DNA from: Isurus oxyrinchus
Lineage: Eukaryota
Assembly (NCBI GenBank): GCA_026770705.1
Contig: JANJGN010000052.1
Span: forward strand, 434,001-498,000
Direction: 5' to 3'
Length of the DNA: 64,000 nucleotides
Shown here: positions 13,043 through 25,521 of the stretch, piece after piece
Layout of the letters: each line of letters begins with the position of its first letter
How positions within the stretch are numbered: the first letter of the stretch is position 1
Notes under the pieces: model-generated
The model's database searches: none
Told to the model about the DNA's origin: nothing
The model's input: only the letters and a program-made list of their open reading frames with translations
Made by a program: the position numbers and the translations under genes

Positions 13043-13411
13043 CAGAAACGTGAAGCTGGGTTACAGGGTAATAGTTATGGCTCCGACCATTGTCAAATTC
13101 TATTCTGAAAAAATAAGGTCCTGCATCTTCCCGTCTGATGTTGTTTATAATCAGGGAACAGTCGCCATCTTTCAGGTCTCCAGACGGCCGGGTCCGATGG
13201 CGGAACCGTGGTAACTCGTGACTGTGATCCTTGGAGTGAAAGGCAATGGGAGCCCAGGGAATCTGTTCCTCATTATTAAACCAGAGTCCACCTCGCGGTT
13301 CGTTTTCCAGACACGATGGATAACTGTAATGACATGGAATCTGTACACACGAACCTTCCTGCGCTGTCACCTCTCGTGGAGTGTCACCTTTCCACTCTTG
13401 TGAGGGTTGAG
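13043..13411 (-). CDS. Gene A Siglec V-set exon (intact, second position)
   Basis: 369 nt; EGSCVQIPC, GDCSLII and DAGPYFFRIE with the essential sialic-acid Arg; ccccag acceptor and G|gtaagt donor. Confidence 0.93.
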
Positions 13412-13464
13412 CTGGGGAGAGAAATATCAATATTTAACTCTGGATGGTTTGTGGATCCACTAGA

Positions 13465-14300
13465 CTCAAAATTTACTGATGAGGCTGAATTGGGGGGATG
13501 GTCAATACTGAGGAAAATGGCAACAAATTATTTTGGCAGGAAGAATAGAAAAACAGGATATTATTTAAATGGAGACAGGATGCAGAATGCAGTACAGAGG
13601 GATCTGGGTGTCCTTGTACATGAATCACAGAAAGTCAGCATTCAGGAACACCACGGAATGAGGAAGGCAAGTGGAATGTTGGCCTTTATTGCAAAGGGAT
13701 GGAGTATAAAAGGAGGGAAGTCTTGCAACAGCTGCACAGGGTGAGATTGTATCAGGAGCAGTGTGTACAGTTCTGGTCTCCTTACTTAGGGAGGGATAGA
13801 CTTGCATTGAAGGCAGTTCAGAGGAGGTTCACTGGGCTGATTCCCGGGATTAAAGGCTTTGTCCTGTGAGGAAATGTTGAGCAGGTTGGGCCTGTATCCA
13901 TTGGAGTTTAGAAGAATGAGGGGTGAGCTTATTGAAACATATCCGATTCCGAGGGGGCTTGACAGGGTGGATGCTGGGAGGATGTTTCCCCCTCGTGGGG
14001 GAATCTAGAACCATGGAGCACAGTTTCGGAATGAGGGCTCCCCCATTTAAGACTGAGATGAGGAGGAATTTCCTCTCTCAGAGGGGCGCTAGCCTGTGGA
14101 ATTCTCTTCCCCAGAGAGCAGTGGAGGCTGGGCCATTGAATAGACTCAAGGCTGAGTGAGGCAGGTTTTTGATCGACAAAGGAGTCAAGGGTTTGGGGGA
14201 CAGGCAGGAAAATGGAGTTAAGGCCACAACCAGATCAGTGAGAGCAGGCTCGAGGGGCCGAATGGCCTGCTCCCGTCCCTATTTCTTATGTTCCTACATT
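13465..14300 (+). mobile_element. CR1 LINE 3' fragment
   Basis: QRDLGVLVHESQK...RKASGMLAFI; duplicated at ~62700-63490. Confidence 0.85.
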
Positions 14301-14371
14301 CTTACCTTCTTAAAATATTAAAGCTGCAGAATAAACATGCAAGTGACTGACCCGCTCGACCCACCTTCCAT

Positions 14372-15330
14372 CAGGGGCTGGAGGAGGTTACACAGATAGG
14401 GAGGTTTGTGGGGGCTGGAGGAGGTAACAGAGATAGGGAGGGCTGTAGATACTGGAGGAGGTTACGCAGAGAGGGAGGGTGGTAGGACCTGGAGGAGGTT
14501 GCAGAGATAGGGAGGGCTGTAGGGATTTGAGGAGTTTGTGGAGATGGGGAGCGTGTAGGGACTGGAGGAGGCTGCAAGGGCAGAGCGGTTTTTAGGGGCA
14601 GGAGGAGTTTACAGGGATAGGAAGAGTTGTAGGGGCTGGATGGATTGCAGAGGTAGGGAGGGTTGGAAAGGCTGGTGGAGGTTCCAGAGGTAGGGAAGGT
14701 TGCAGGGACTGGAGGAGTTTACAGAGAAGGGGGAGTTTTTGGGGCAGGATGGGGTTACAGAGATAGGGAGGGTTGTAGGGGCAGGACGAGGTTACATAGA
14801 TATGGAGTGTGGCTGGGGCTGAGGGAGGATACAGAGATAGGGAGGGTTATAATGGCAGGAGGAGGTTACAGAGATAAAGGAAACTCTTAGGGACTGGAGG
14901 AGGTTACAGAGATAGGGAGGGTTGTAGTGGGCTGGAGGAGGTTACAGAAATATGAAGGGTTGTAAGAGATGGAGCAGCTTACAGAGATAGGGAGAGGTAT
15001 TCGGTCTGGAGGAGGTTGCAGAGATAGGGGAGGTTGTTAGGACTGGAGGAGGCTACAAATATCGCAAGGGTTATCGGGGCTTGAGGAGGTTAAAGAGATA
15101 GGGAAGGGTGTTGGGTCCGGAGGAGTTTGCAGTGATAGGAATGGTTTTCGGGATTGGAAGAGGGTACTGAGATAGGAGGGTTGTAGGGACTGGAGGAGTC
15201 TCCTGAGATAGGGAGGATTGTAGGGACTGGAGGAGGCTCCTGAGATAGGGAGGGTTGTAGGGACTGGAGGAGGCTCCTGAGATAGAGAGGGTTGTAGGGA
15301 CTGGAGGAGGCTCCTGAGATAGGGAATGTT
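14372..15330. repeat. ~37-bp purine-rich minisatellite next to an L2 3' region
   Basis: Units like gggactggaggaggttacagagatagggagggttgta; same motif in reverse orientation at ~4255-4420. Confidence 0.85.
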
Positions 15331-16340
15331 GCCGTGGATGAAGATAAAGGAGGAGATTACTGTAATAGGGAGGAAAAATATTCAAAAATTGTGACATTGA
15401 GACTTTGCTTGACCAGGAGCCAGTCTCGGTCATTGAGCAGAGCGGGTGATAAGGGAACAGGACTTGGTGTGAGTAAGGACGTGGTCAGCAGTTTTGGATA
15501 GCCTCAAGTTTATGGAGTGTAGACCGTGTGTTGGAACAGTCGAGTCTGGAGGTAATGAAGGCGTGGATGAGGGTTTCAGCAGCAGATGAGCTGAGACAGG
15601 GTGAAGTCGTACGACGTTATGGAGGTGGAAATAGACGGTGTTAGTGAGGGCGCAGATATGAGGCCGGAAGCTCATCTCAGGATCAAATGGGACAACAAAG
15701 CTGTGAACAGATTGGCTTCAATCTCAGAGAGCTGCCAGGGAGAGGAATGGAGTTGGTAGCGAGGGAACAGAGTTTGGAGCGGGGAATGAAGCCAATGGCT
15801 TCAGTCTTTCCAATATTTAATTGGAGGGAATTTCTGCCCATCCAGTACTGGATGTCGGATAAGCAGCCTGATAATTTAGCAGCAGTGGAGGAGTCGAGAG
15901 AGGTGGTGGTGCGGTAGAGCTGGGCATCCTCAGTGGACAGGTGAAAACTAACACTGTTCAGATGATGCTGCAAAGCCATTGCAAGTGATTCTCTGGCTAC
16001 GATGAGATGGATAAGAATGGAGCCAGGGGAGAGCAGTCCCACCCAGCTGGACGACAGTGGAGAGGTGTTGGAGGAGGATGGTGTGGTCGAGCGTGTCAAA
16101 GGCTGCAGACAGATCGAGAAGGACGAGGAGGGAAAGTTGACCTTTGTCACAGCCACACAGGATGCCATTTGTGACCTTGATAAGAGCTGTTTCAGCACAG
16201 TGGCTGGGGTGGGAACCTGATTGGAGGGATTCAAACATGGAGTTCCGGGAAAGATGGGAACGGATTCGGGAGATGGAAACACGTTCAAGGACTTTGGAGG
16301 GGAAAGAGGGGCTGGAGATGGGACGGGAGATTACACAGAC
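15330..16340 (-). mobile_element. L2-clade LINE reverse transcriptase fragment
   Basis: RPISSPSFPSKVLER...FESLQSG...ETALIKVTN...LLVLLDLSAAFDTLDH; LQLNIGKTEAI. Confidence 0.85.
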
Positions 16341-16471
16341 GAGCAGAAATAGACAAATCATTAAAAATAGTGACGCTGGTTAACACGGCCAAAAAACAAG
16401 CAAATCAAACACTATTATTTCCCATTGAGTGTTGGATGTGAATTGTTGAGTAATTATAACACAGCACTTAC

Positions 16472-16849
16472 CAGAAACGTGAAGCTGGGTTACAGGGTAA
16501 TAGTTATGGCTCGGACGATTGCCAAATTTTATCATGAAAAAATAATATCCTGCATCTTCCCGTGTGATGTTGTTTATAATCAGGGAACAGTCGCCATCTT
16601 TCAGGTCTCCAGACAGCCGGGTCCGATGGCGGAACCATGGTAACTCGCGACTGTGACCCTTGGAGTGAAAGGCTATAGACCATTTAGACCATTTGTTCCG
16701 TATGTATCTTCTCATTTTCCAGATTCCGACCTGTGGTTTCTTTATCAAATCTGATGGCTAACTGTAATGACATGGAATCTGTACACACGAACCTTCCTGC
16801 GCTGTCACCTCTCGTGGAGTGTCACCTTTCCACTCTTGTGACAATCCAA
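16472..16849 (-). pseudogene. Gene A first V-set exon, inactivated
   Basis: 378 nt with intact splice sites, but an in-frame TAG at 16758-16760 (Y to stop) and the essential Arg replaced by Met (YFFMIK, 16533-16535). Confidence 0.85.
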
Positions 16850-17079
16850 CTGGGGAGAGAAATATCAATATTTAACTCTGGATGTTTTGTTGATCCACTA
16901 GACTCGATATCCACCCCCTCCATCACTGGGGCACAGTGGCTGCACTGTGGACCATCTACAGGACACACAATGAACTCCACAAGGTATCACATCAGATGGA
17001 AGAGAATCCTGGACACAAAAGTGGAAAAGTTCATTCTACATTGGTTCATGGTCCTCAGGACCCTGTTTGTGCAGAAGTC

Positions 17080-18770
17080 TGCTCTCCAACAGAACTGAAG
17101 TTGGGGACAATGCATTTGGAATTCCACTGTCCGGGGCATTGGGTTAACTTGCTGATTTTGTTTTAAATCTAACATCTATTTTTGGTCTGTTGCCTTAAAG
17201 GGAGTGTAACTGGGAGTCAGGTTAATTAGGAATTTTAGGAGTTATGATAGCAGTAATTGTAGTTATGTATGTGCTTGAAATCTTTTATTTTGATGACAAA
17301 TATGTTAATTTATTGTTTTAAATCTCTAAAGGTATTGGTGGAGTTATTGCTTCTGAATTAAGTGCACACATCTCATAATAAATACAAATTGCAAAATCAT
17401 TATGATAGTGTGGCCAGGTTTCTCTCAGGGACTTGGTCTGCCTGGCACACATCACCTGCCAGTGATAACACTGTTGTAATATGCCTTTCAGGGACAGCAG
17501 CATGACATCACTCGAGAGGAAGTGTGTCATGTGATTTTTAGGAACTGGTGTTCGCTTAAGTAAGTTCTATGTGTATTTGTGTGCATTAGGCAAAAGGTCT
17601 ATCTTTAAGTTCAAGTTTAGTTTGTATTTCTGTATTTGGGTGTTGAGAAAAGGGGGAACTTGAGTTAAAAAGAAGCCAGCATTCCATTGAGGTTTAATGA
17701 CTGTTGAAGGGAAGTCAAAACAAATACAAGGTGTAAGAAACTGTGCTGTTGCCTAGTAACAGTGATCCAGAGGGAAAGACCCACAGAGACAGAGAAAAAC
17801 AGAAAAGTACTTTCAGTTCTGTTGAAAGGAGTTGCCAGGAGAAGCAGCAAAGGAGCGGGACAGATAGTCAGTCCCAAAGTAAAGAAGAAGCCAAAACTGT
17901 CGAGTTTGACAGGAGAAAGGGCCCAAGAAAACCTTCTAGTCAAATCTGGAAAAGGCCCTGTAAAATGAAGTTAAGAATGAGGAGCAGTAGAAGGCTTCAA
18001 GCATAAAGGGAGAAGCAGCAGGACACAGGCCTAAAGCAAAATAGGCTTGTGAGAAGCCAGAAGATCCTAGGAGACACCACAGGTTGGTGACTCATTACTA
18101 CGGCCATGTGAAGCCATGGTGTTCCATTGACACGGCTGAGCATTGGAGAGACAGGGCGTGGAAGGAAGGCTGAATGCACGTGGCGATCCAAGGGGCAGGA
18201 ACATGGGAAGGAGAGTTTGAAATCGTGAAAGTGGACCCTTGTGGAAGGTGTCTGAGTGAAAGTGTCATGTTGGAGAAGATTCCAAAGAGGGTTCTTGGAG
18301 AGTGGAGATTGGAAACCCTCATATGAAAGAAGCTTTTCAGTGAGACTGGTTGGCTCACAGTGCAACAAGCGTCTGGGGACAGATGAGACATAGAATTTGT
18401 TTCAAGTGGGCTCTGCCACTTGCTTTCAGAATGTGGTGTCCCTGACCACAGGTCGTCTATTGGTTTACATCGACTGTGTACTTAGTGTGAACATGAGAGT
18501 ATAAGATAGTTATCGTAACTTGTGTTCTACTTATGAATCTGCAAAGGTATAGATCTGGGTGAATGAGTAATGTCATATAGTTTGTCTTTCCTAGTTTAAT
18601 AAATGTTTTATTCTTTTGTTAGAAGTTCATCAGATGACTCCTGTGACTCTGTTCAGTAGCCGCACTCCACATTCCTAAATAAAAAATAAAAGTTAGGACC
18701 TGTCAAGCTGAGTTCCACCCTGGGATCTGACTTGCCCAGTAGTAACCACAGCTGGGATGGTAACACCATC
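17080..18770. mobile_element. Nested or adjacent LTR-like sequences
   Basis: Segments ending gataaca (~17470) and tgtcatg...ggtaaca (17525-18764), with AT-rich LTR-type tails like the other solo LTRs. Confidence 0.5.
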
Positions 18771-18779
18771 CAGTCCAAG

Positions 18780-20760
18780 TCTCACTTTGGCCTGTGAGCA
18801 GAACACAGCTCACACAGTTTGGCTGCAGGTGTCTCCCAGCTTTCTATCCTTGTATATCTGTTCTCATGTCCCTATTCCAAATAAATGAACCCACAATGTA
18901 TTTACCCAATTCCGTATCAGTGGCTGGTGCCTTTATATCATTATAAAAACACAACATGGTGATCAGCGGTGGCCAAACATTCTGGCAGCAAGATTCAGTA
19001 CAGGTATGATGTGGTGAACAGCCTTAGATCGAGCTAGATGACATGAGACGATCCTCGATGCTTTGGTCAGACCACAACAGAGACACAGCATCAGAGAGGG
19101 TTGAAATCGCAGTGTACTGACTGCTCAGGAAACCTTTGAAGACACAGTGACGGGAAAGAGCTCAAGTAAAGAGCTGGGGAGCAGACGGATCCCTGGTGGG
19201 GAGATTACAGCACACGGCCTGTAGGTCAGTGAGTGGGACAGTGTGTATCGCCAGGACCAGCAGCGGGTTAGCTCAGTCAGGGAAGGCGAGTGACCAGGGT
19301 GTGGGCTGGATCGATAGTGAGCGAGGGAGAGTCAAACACACAAAAACCATTATAAAAATCAGCCCAGAGAAGTTAGTGATTATAACCGGCAGCTTTGAGT
19401 TTGATGAACAGCAAATTGAATAAAAAACAAAGACTCCATTACTCCGTGGTGTGTTCCTGCCACAACCCGTCTCCGTGGGCAGAGCTTCGGAAAAGCGCAC
19501 AAAAGGGGCTAAAGCGACACTCATCCCAGGTCCTGTAGGAGAAGGAAGGTCAAAGGAATATTGTCAGAATGTCCACAAAATTCCCCAGTTTGAACTGGGA
19601 TGTAGCTGACCGACTATTTGAATTCAGAATGTTTAAACAGCGTACAGAGCTCTGGTTTCCTGATTCAGGTGTGACTGAACCAGACGAGCAAGCCATAAAA
19701 ATTCACCTCGCGATTGGGAATGAAGGTCTACACAGGCTGAACACGTCAGGATTAACAGCAGAAGAGCGAAAGGATCCCCAATAGATATGGACGACATTGG
19801 AAGACAGGTTCAGAATCAGGTGAAACTCCATATTCATCAACTAGAGTTTATGTCATTTCATCAGCCTACACAATCCATAGACCACTTCATCAGCCGATGT
19901 AGAGAAAAGGGTACGCACTGTGATTTCAAACACAGAGTCTGCAGACAGAGTTGTTGAGTTGGTGATCACATCCACTCCCATGGAAGCCTTCCAGAAAGAT
20001 CTGCTAGATAAGACCAAAACCTATAGCATTGAAGAGTTACTCTAGGATGGACATAAATACGAAGTGATCCTCGCAGGTCAACGAAGCTTACAGGTCCTCA
20101 GTACAACATCAATTGTTGACACACTCACTAGAACATCGAAACCTAGTGAGACGTGTGGAAGTTGTGGCCTTCTGCAGGCACCAAGGAAATGCCCAGCTTT
20201 CCACCAATCCTGCAAGGCTTGTGGCAGAAAGGGCCATTGACAGAGGCAGGGCACTAGAGCAAAGGCTGATGCAGCTACAAAGAGCCGTGCGCTGATCCAA
20301 ACAAACCCTGCACAATGGGGTACCTTCAAGCAATAAGAATGACCATCCGCTATCCCATCAGGAACATATACATGTGGTGACTGACAAACCAGGAAATGGC
20401 GATGATGTACATGACGAGACTAGGAGCGGTGATCGATATTCCACCTCTCACACATATCCTGACGTGGCTTGCCAATAAATTGTGGATTGTGGTCTTTATT
20501 GATCTCTCTGGGCACATCAAATAAACTGAAAATGTTCCCATAGGGGTGGGATTTTCTGGCCCCACCCACTTCCAAGATTGTCCGGTCCGGCTGAAAGCCA
20601 ATGGATTTATGTCTGTCCCAGTCTCAGAAACTATCCCATAAACTCAGTTCATGACATAACATTGAAATATGCAGAAAGATTCAACAATATTGGCAGTTTC
20701 AAGGGAGCTGCAACATTACACCTGCAGGAGAATGCAAGTCTGTCAGACTCCTTGCATTAA
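18780..20760 (+). mobile_element. Gypsy-like element 5' part (LTR end, PBS, decayed gag)
   Basis: aaca-tggtgatcagcgg PBS-like junction at ~18953; gag-like peptide at 19569-19784; Cys knuckles CGSCG...CPAFHQSCKACGRKGH. Confidence 0.65.
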
Positions 20761-22130
20761 AATTAATACAATCCAACTTTGCCACGCTATCTTGAGCCTT
20801 AAATGGCCAATAATTTCTATGCCTTCCAGGTTCATTTGCTCTCTTCTAATTTTGGCTGTGCATCTCTCTCTGTTGAACCTCCTCTTGGGATCCCATCCCC
20901 TGCCATATTAGTTTAAAGCCTCCTCAATTGCATCATGAGTGTAATGTCAATTGAAACCAGGGACAACATCAAAGAATGACAATCCCACAGATCAATGTGA
21001 GCAATTAAAGAAACCTCCAGACAATTTTGGCACCACAAGATCTCGACATAACAGCAGATTACCTCTACGCTTTAGAGACTCAAATATTCAACAGATCTAT
21101 ACACTTATGTAATTGTCAAGAAATATGAAAATGATACCAGGAACCTCTTGTTCCCTGTCCTTCTCAAAGATCTATCCCTGCAACGGGAGCCTGAAGAGTT
21201 ACTGATGTGGGGCTTAATTTATCAGATTGTAGAATGATCCGGATCAGAAGGATGCCATTTGGCCCATCGAGCCTGTGCTGGGCCTTTGAAAGATCTGTCC
21301 AATTAGTCCCACTCTAACCTCTGCTCTCTCCTCCACAGCCCTGCAAAATGTCACCTTCAAGTATTTATCCAGTTCCCCTTCTGAAAGTTCCTGTTGAATC
21401 TGCTGCCACCGGCCTTTCAGGCAGTGAGTCAATGGTCTCTCTCTGAGCTGCAAAGTGCTAATGTTCTGAGAACTTTAAACACTGCAGCAGATCAGAGACA
21501 CTCATGATAACTCAGAATACTTGACAGTTTTACACACAGACAGCTTTGCCTTCCTTCTCTCTTTCAGTTATCTTGCTCCCTTATTGAAGTATCTAGCAAG
21601 GTGAGAATGGACAGGAAGTGTGACACTGAACAGCCTGTCTATTCTAGGAGCTGCTGTGTTGTCTTCATGGGAAATTCTGACAACATCAGCAAAAGAGACA
21701 AAATTTCAGGGCATTGTTATCCGAGTCCCAGCATCAGGATAGACTTCATCCCCCAGTTGGTATTCCTGATTCTCTATTCAGCCGATCCCTCCCCTGTCAC
21801 TGGCTGAGCTACACTGACTCCCAGTCCAGCAATGACTCAAATTTCAAATTCTCATCATCGATTTCTTACCCCACCATCCCCCCTCTACACTCCCGATCCC
21901 TGTAACCTGCTCCAACCCTAAAACCCTCTCAGATCTCTGCTCTCCTCCAATTCTGCTGTCAGACAGGGAGTCAGTGTATATCAGTGAGCACAGGGGTGAT
22001 GGGTGAATGGGACTTGGTGTCAGTTTGTACACTGGCTCACTGCTGAATCGGTTCCCAATCACACTCAATAAGAATGATCTTTTACAAAGACTATTAGCCA
22101 TAAACCTGTCCGAGCTGATGATGTTATTAC

Positions 22131-22170
22131 CTTGGAGAAGTGACAGGAGGAAGTAAGATTTCCCGATCAT
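22131..22170 (-). CDS. Gene A signal peptide exon (coding part)
   Basis: MIGKSYFLLSLLQ+G, donor AAG|gtaat, phase 1; upstream acceptor ttctctttcag at ~22213. Confidence 0.85.
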
Positions 22171-22620
22171 TGTCCACTCCCAGATATTTCATAAGCTTCT
22201 GACTCTCAAACTCTGAAAGAGAAAGGAGTTAATGAGACCTCACCTCTTGTCCGACAGCTCTCAAGAGATCAGAACTGCTTTTGGACAATGTCTTGACAGA
22301 CTAATTTGATTCTCTGTGGGATGATAGGTGCTCTGCAGAGAGTTACAAGGCTTTAAGAAAGAAAAACATTGAAGGATTTGCATTTCTATAGCACCTTTCC
22401 CCAGCTCAAGACGTCCCAAAGCTCATGTCTCTGCACTTCCCTCATCCCTTGAGCTAGAAAGATGTTCTGTACAACAGACTTGAGTCTCACACCCAGATCT
22501 CAATAATCAGTAGAAATCTTTCAAAGGCATCAATCATTGGAATCTGTCTTTATAAAGTCACAACATCAACAAAGGACGGTGTTGGTGGTGGAAGTGAATT
22601 CCAATCGTTCCGTTACTTAC

Positions 22621-22765
22621 CCAGGACCTGTCCGACTGCTCGCCTGGGGAGGAACTGCCCACACGCTCTGCTTGGGCTGAATGACCTCTTCCTGTGCTGC
22701 TCCCTCTGTGTGTTTATTTAGAAAGGGTGGATGTGTCACTGTGAGACAAAATGAGGAAGTGGGTA
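22621..22765 (-). promoter_or_regulatory. Putative promoter and non-coding exon 1 of gene A
   Basis: Donor TGG|gtaagt at 22621; AT-rich TATA-like stretch ~22713-22721; PU.1/Ets-type AAAATGAGGAAGTG at 22748-22761; five copies in the window. Confidence 0.6.
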
Positions 22766-22989
22766 ACCAGTGAGAAGATCGAGGATGTTTTGTGCTCTCA
22801 GCAAAACGTTTACCATGTGATGATCTGTCAGCTCAAATTTGGCAGCTGTAGTCATGAAGCTTCTCCATTGGCTCCGTGGGTTTAGACTCCTCCCCCTCAC
22901 CTCGGAGGCTGAAACTCAGGCGATAAGAGTTCCCAATACAGGTCTCTGGCCTTATGATACATTTCAACGATCCCTGTTATCATTACGGA

Positions 22990-24440
22990 GGGAGTGCTGC
23001 ACTGTCAGCGGGAGTTTACTGTGGGATTGCTGCTCTATCAGAGGGTCAGTACTGAGGGAGTGCTGCACTGTCAGAGGGTCAGTACTGAGGGAGTGCTGCA
23101 CTGTCGGAGGGTCAGTCCTGAGGGAGTGCTGCACTGTCATAGGGTCAGTAATGAGGGAGTGCTGCACTGTCAGAGGGTCTGTACTGAGTGAGTTCCGCAC
23201 AGGTGGAGGGTCAGTATTGAGGGGGTGCCGGACTGTGGGAGGGTTTGTACTGACGTAGAGCGGAGTGCGAGGAGATATCCTTTCATGACAAAGTTTAACT
23301 GGAATTCATTTAAACAGAATTTAAACAGTACTGTGTGTTATTGCAAAAGAAAGGATTTGAGGAACTAACTCTTGTTCCCGTAAGCCTAAAAATAATTTTC
23401 ACTGATTTCTATGATTTAGCATTGAAACCTCCCTCTTTGGGCACCAGTCTTGATTGAAACAACTCACACAGCACTGTGGGAGGGTGAGTACTGAGGGAAT
23501 GCTGCACTGTGGGAGGGTGAGAACTGAGGGGGTGCTGCACTGTGGGAGTGTGAGTACTGAGGGAGTGTTGCACTGTGAGAGGGTCAGTACTGAGGGAGTG
23601 CTGCACTGTGGGAGTGTGAGTACTGAGGGAGTGCTGCACTGTGGGAGTGTGAGTACTGAGGGAGTGCTGCACTGTGGGAGAGTGAGTACTGAGGGAGTGC
23701 TGCACTGTCAGAGGGTCAGTAATGTGGGAGTGCTGCACTGTCACAGGGTCAGTAATGAGGGAGTGCTGCACTGTCACAGGATCAGTAATGTGGGAGTGCT
23801 GAACTGTCGGCGGGTCTGTACTGAGTGAGTTCCGCACAGTCGGAGGGTCATTATTGAGGGGGTGCTGGACTGTGGGAGGGTTAGTTCTGAGGTAGAGTGG
23901 AGCGTGAGGAGATATCCTTTCATGGCAAAGTTTAACTGGAATTTATTTAAACAGAGAGTCTTGTACTGTGTGTTATTGCAAAAGAAAGGATTTGAGGAAC
24001 TAAGTCTTGTTCCCGTTAGCCTAAAAATAATTTTCAACGATTTCAATGATTTAGCAATGAAACCTCCCTCTTTGGGCATCAGTCTTGATTGAAACAACTC
24101 ACACAGCACTTCGGGAGAGTGAGTACTGAGGGAGGGCTGCACTGTGGGAGAGTGAGTACTGAGGGAGGGCTGCACAGTGGGAGGGTGAGCACTGAGGGAG
24201 TGCTGCACTGTGGGAGCGTCAGTACTGAGGGAGGGCTGCACTGTGGGAGGGTGTGTACTGAGGGAGTGCTGCACTGTGGGAGGGTGAGAATTGAGGGAGT
24301 GCTGCACTGTGGGATCGTCAGTACTGAGGGAGTGCTGAACTGTTGGAAGGTCAGTAGTGAGGGAGGGATACAGTGTCAGAAGATCAGTCCTGTGGGAGTG
24401 CTGCACTGTCAGAAGGTGTGTACCGAGGTAGTGCTGCACA
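22990..24440. repeat. Three 33-bp minisatellite arrays separated by a duplicated ~210-bp unique spacer
   Basis: Arrays at ~22990-23260, ~23470-23900 and ~24110-24440; spacer 23260-23470 is repeated at 23900-24110. Confidence 0.9.
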
Positions 24441-24639
24441 CAGCCAGACAATGCCGTGGTTATGATGTGTCCACACAGCAGGACTGGGGAGCACCAGGTA
24501 TAAGGAAAAGTTTCAGCTTGCTGAGGAGAAGAAGGAGAATCTCTCGTTCCAGGTTTCTCTCCGTACATTAAGAAGCAGACATGCCGATGTTTCATTGCAC
24601 TCTGTCTGCTGATGGGAGTCCGCTTGGAAATTGCTGTTT

Positions 24640-25270
24640 GTGCTGATGGAAAGAATAAGCTTTTCATAAATTGAGGGATTGAGTACAAACACAGGGAGGT
24701 TATGCTGAACATTTATAAAGCTCTGGTTAGGTCACAACTAGAGTATTGTGTCCAGTTCTGGTCTCCTCACTTTGGGAAGGAAGTGAGGGTCCTTGAGAGG
24801 GTGGGGAGGAGATTGAGCAGAATGGGTACAGGGATGAGGGATTTTAGCTACAAGGTTGGGTTGGAGAAGCTGGGGTTGTTCTCCTTGGAGCAAAGGAGAT
24901 TGAGGGGGGATCTGATCGAGGTGTACAAGATGATGATGGGTTTAGATACGGTAGACAAAGAGAAGCTGTTGCCATTAGCTGATGGGACAAGGACTGGGGG
25001 ACACAGATTGAAGGTTTTGGGCAGAGGGGGATGTGAGGAGGAACTTTTTTACACAGCGAGTGGTAATGAGCTGGAACTCACTGCCTACGAGGATGGTGGA
25101 AGTGGAGACGATGAATGATTTCAAAAGGAAATTGGATGGACACTTGAGGGGAAATAAACTCACAGGGATACGGGGATAGAGAGGGGGAATGGGACTGAGT
25201 GGATTGCTCTACAGAGAGACAGCATGGACTCAATGGGCTGAATGGGCTCCCACTGTGCTGGAATGCCTCT
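24640..25270 (+). mobile_element. CR1 LINE 3' fragment
   Basis: YKALVRSQLEYCVQFWSP...LGLFSLEQRRLRGDLIEVYK. Confidence 0.9.
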
Positions 25271-25381
25271 CTGATACGAAGGTGATTCTAACCAGGACAC
25301 TGACCAGTTTCATTGCAACTTAACCCAACATCACACATTATTTGTCCGCACTGACTGACCAGATTGTTGCTGTACAAAGCT

Positions 25382-25521
25382 TCAAACAGTCTGTCGACTT
25401 CCTTTCACTGTTTGTCTCTCCCAGACACAGACTCCAGTGATAGTGATAACCACAGCCACAAGGAATATCACAGCTCGTATTCCCAGGATCAGGATCACGT
25501 GCAGAATCTCTCCTCCACTGT
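25382..25521 (-). CDS. Activating-type TM and short-tail terminal exon (gene D)
   Basis: Acceptor tgttctctag, phase 1; (Y)SGGEILHVILILGIRAVIFLVAVVITITGVCVWERQTVKGSRQTV*; Arg codon at 25475-25477 lies inside the hydrophobic span. Confidence 0.8.

Noticed and set aside
12933-13403. Recurrent plus-strand ORFs (MCYNKLCFV..., MTVILGVKG..., MFILCHT...)
   Set aside because: Antisense shadows of the duplicated V and C2 exons
22990-24712. CRISPR-like or coding interpretation of the 33-bp and 43-bp arrays
   Set aside because: Head-to-tail units without unique spacers, eukaryotic context and no cas genes; the 11-aa periodic ORFs follow from the unit length
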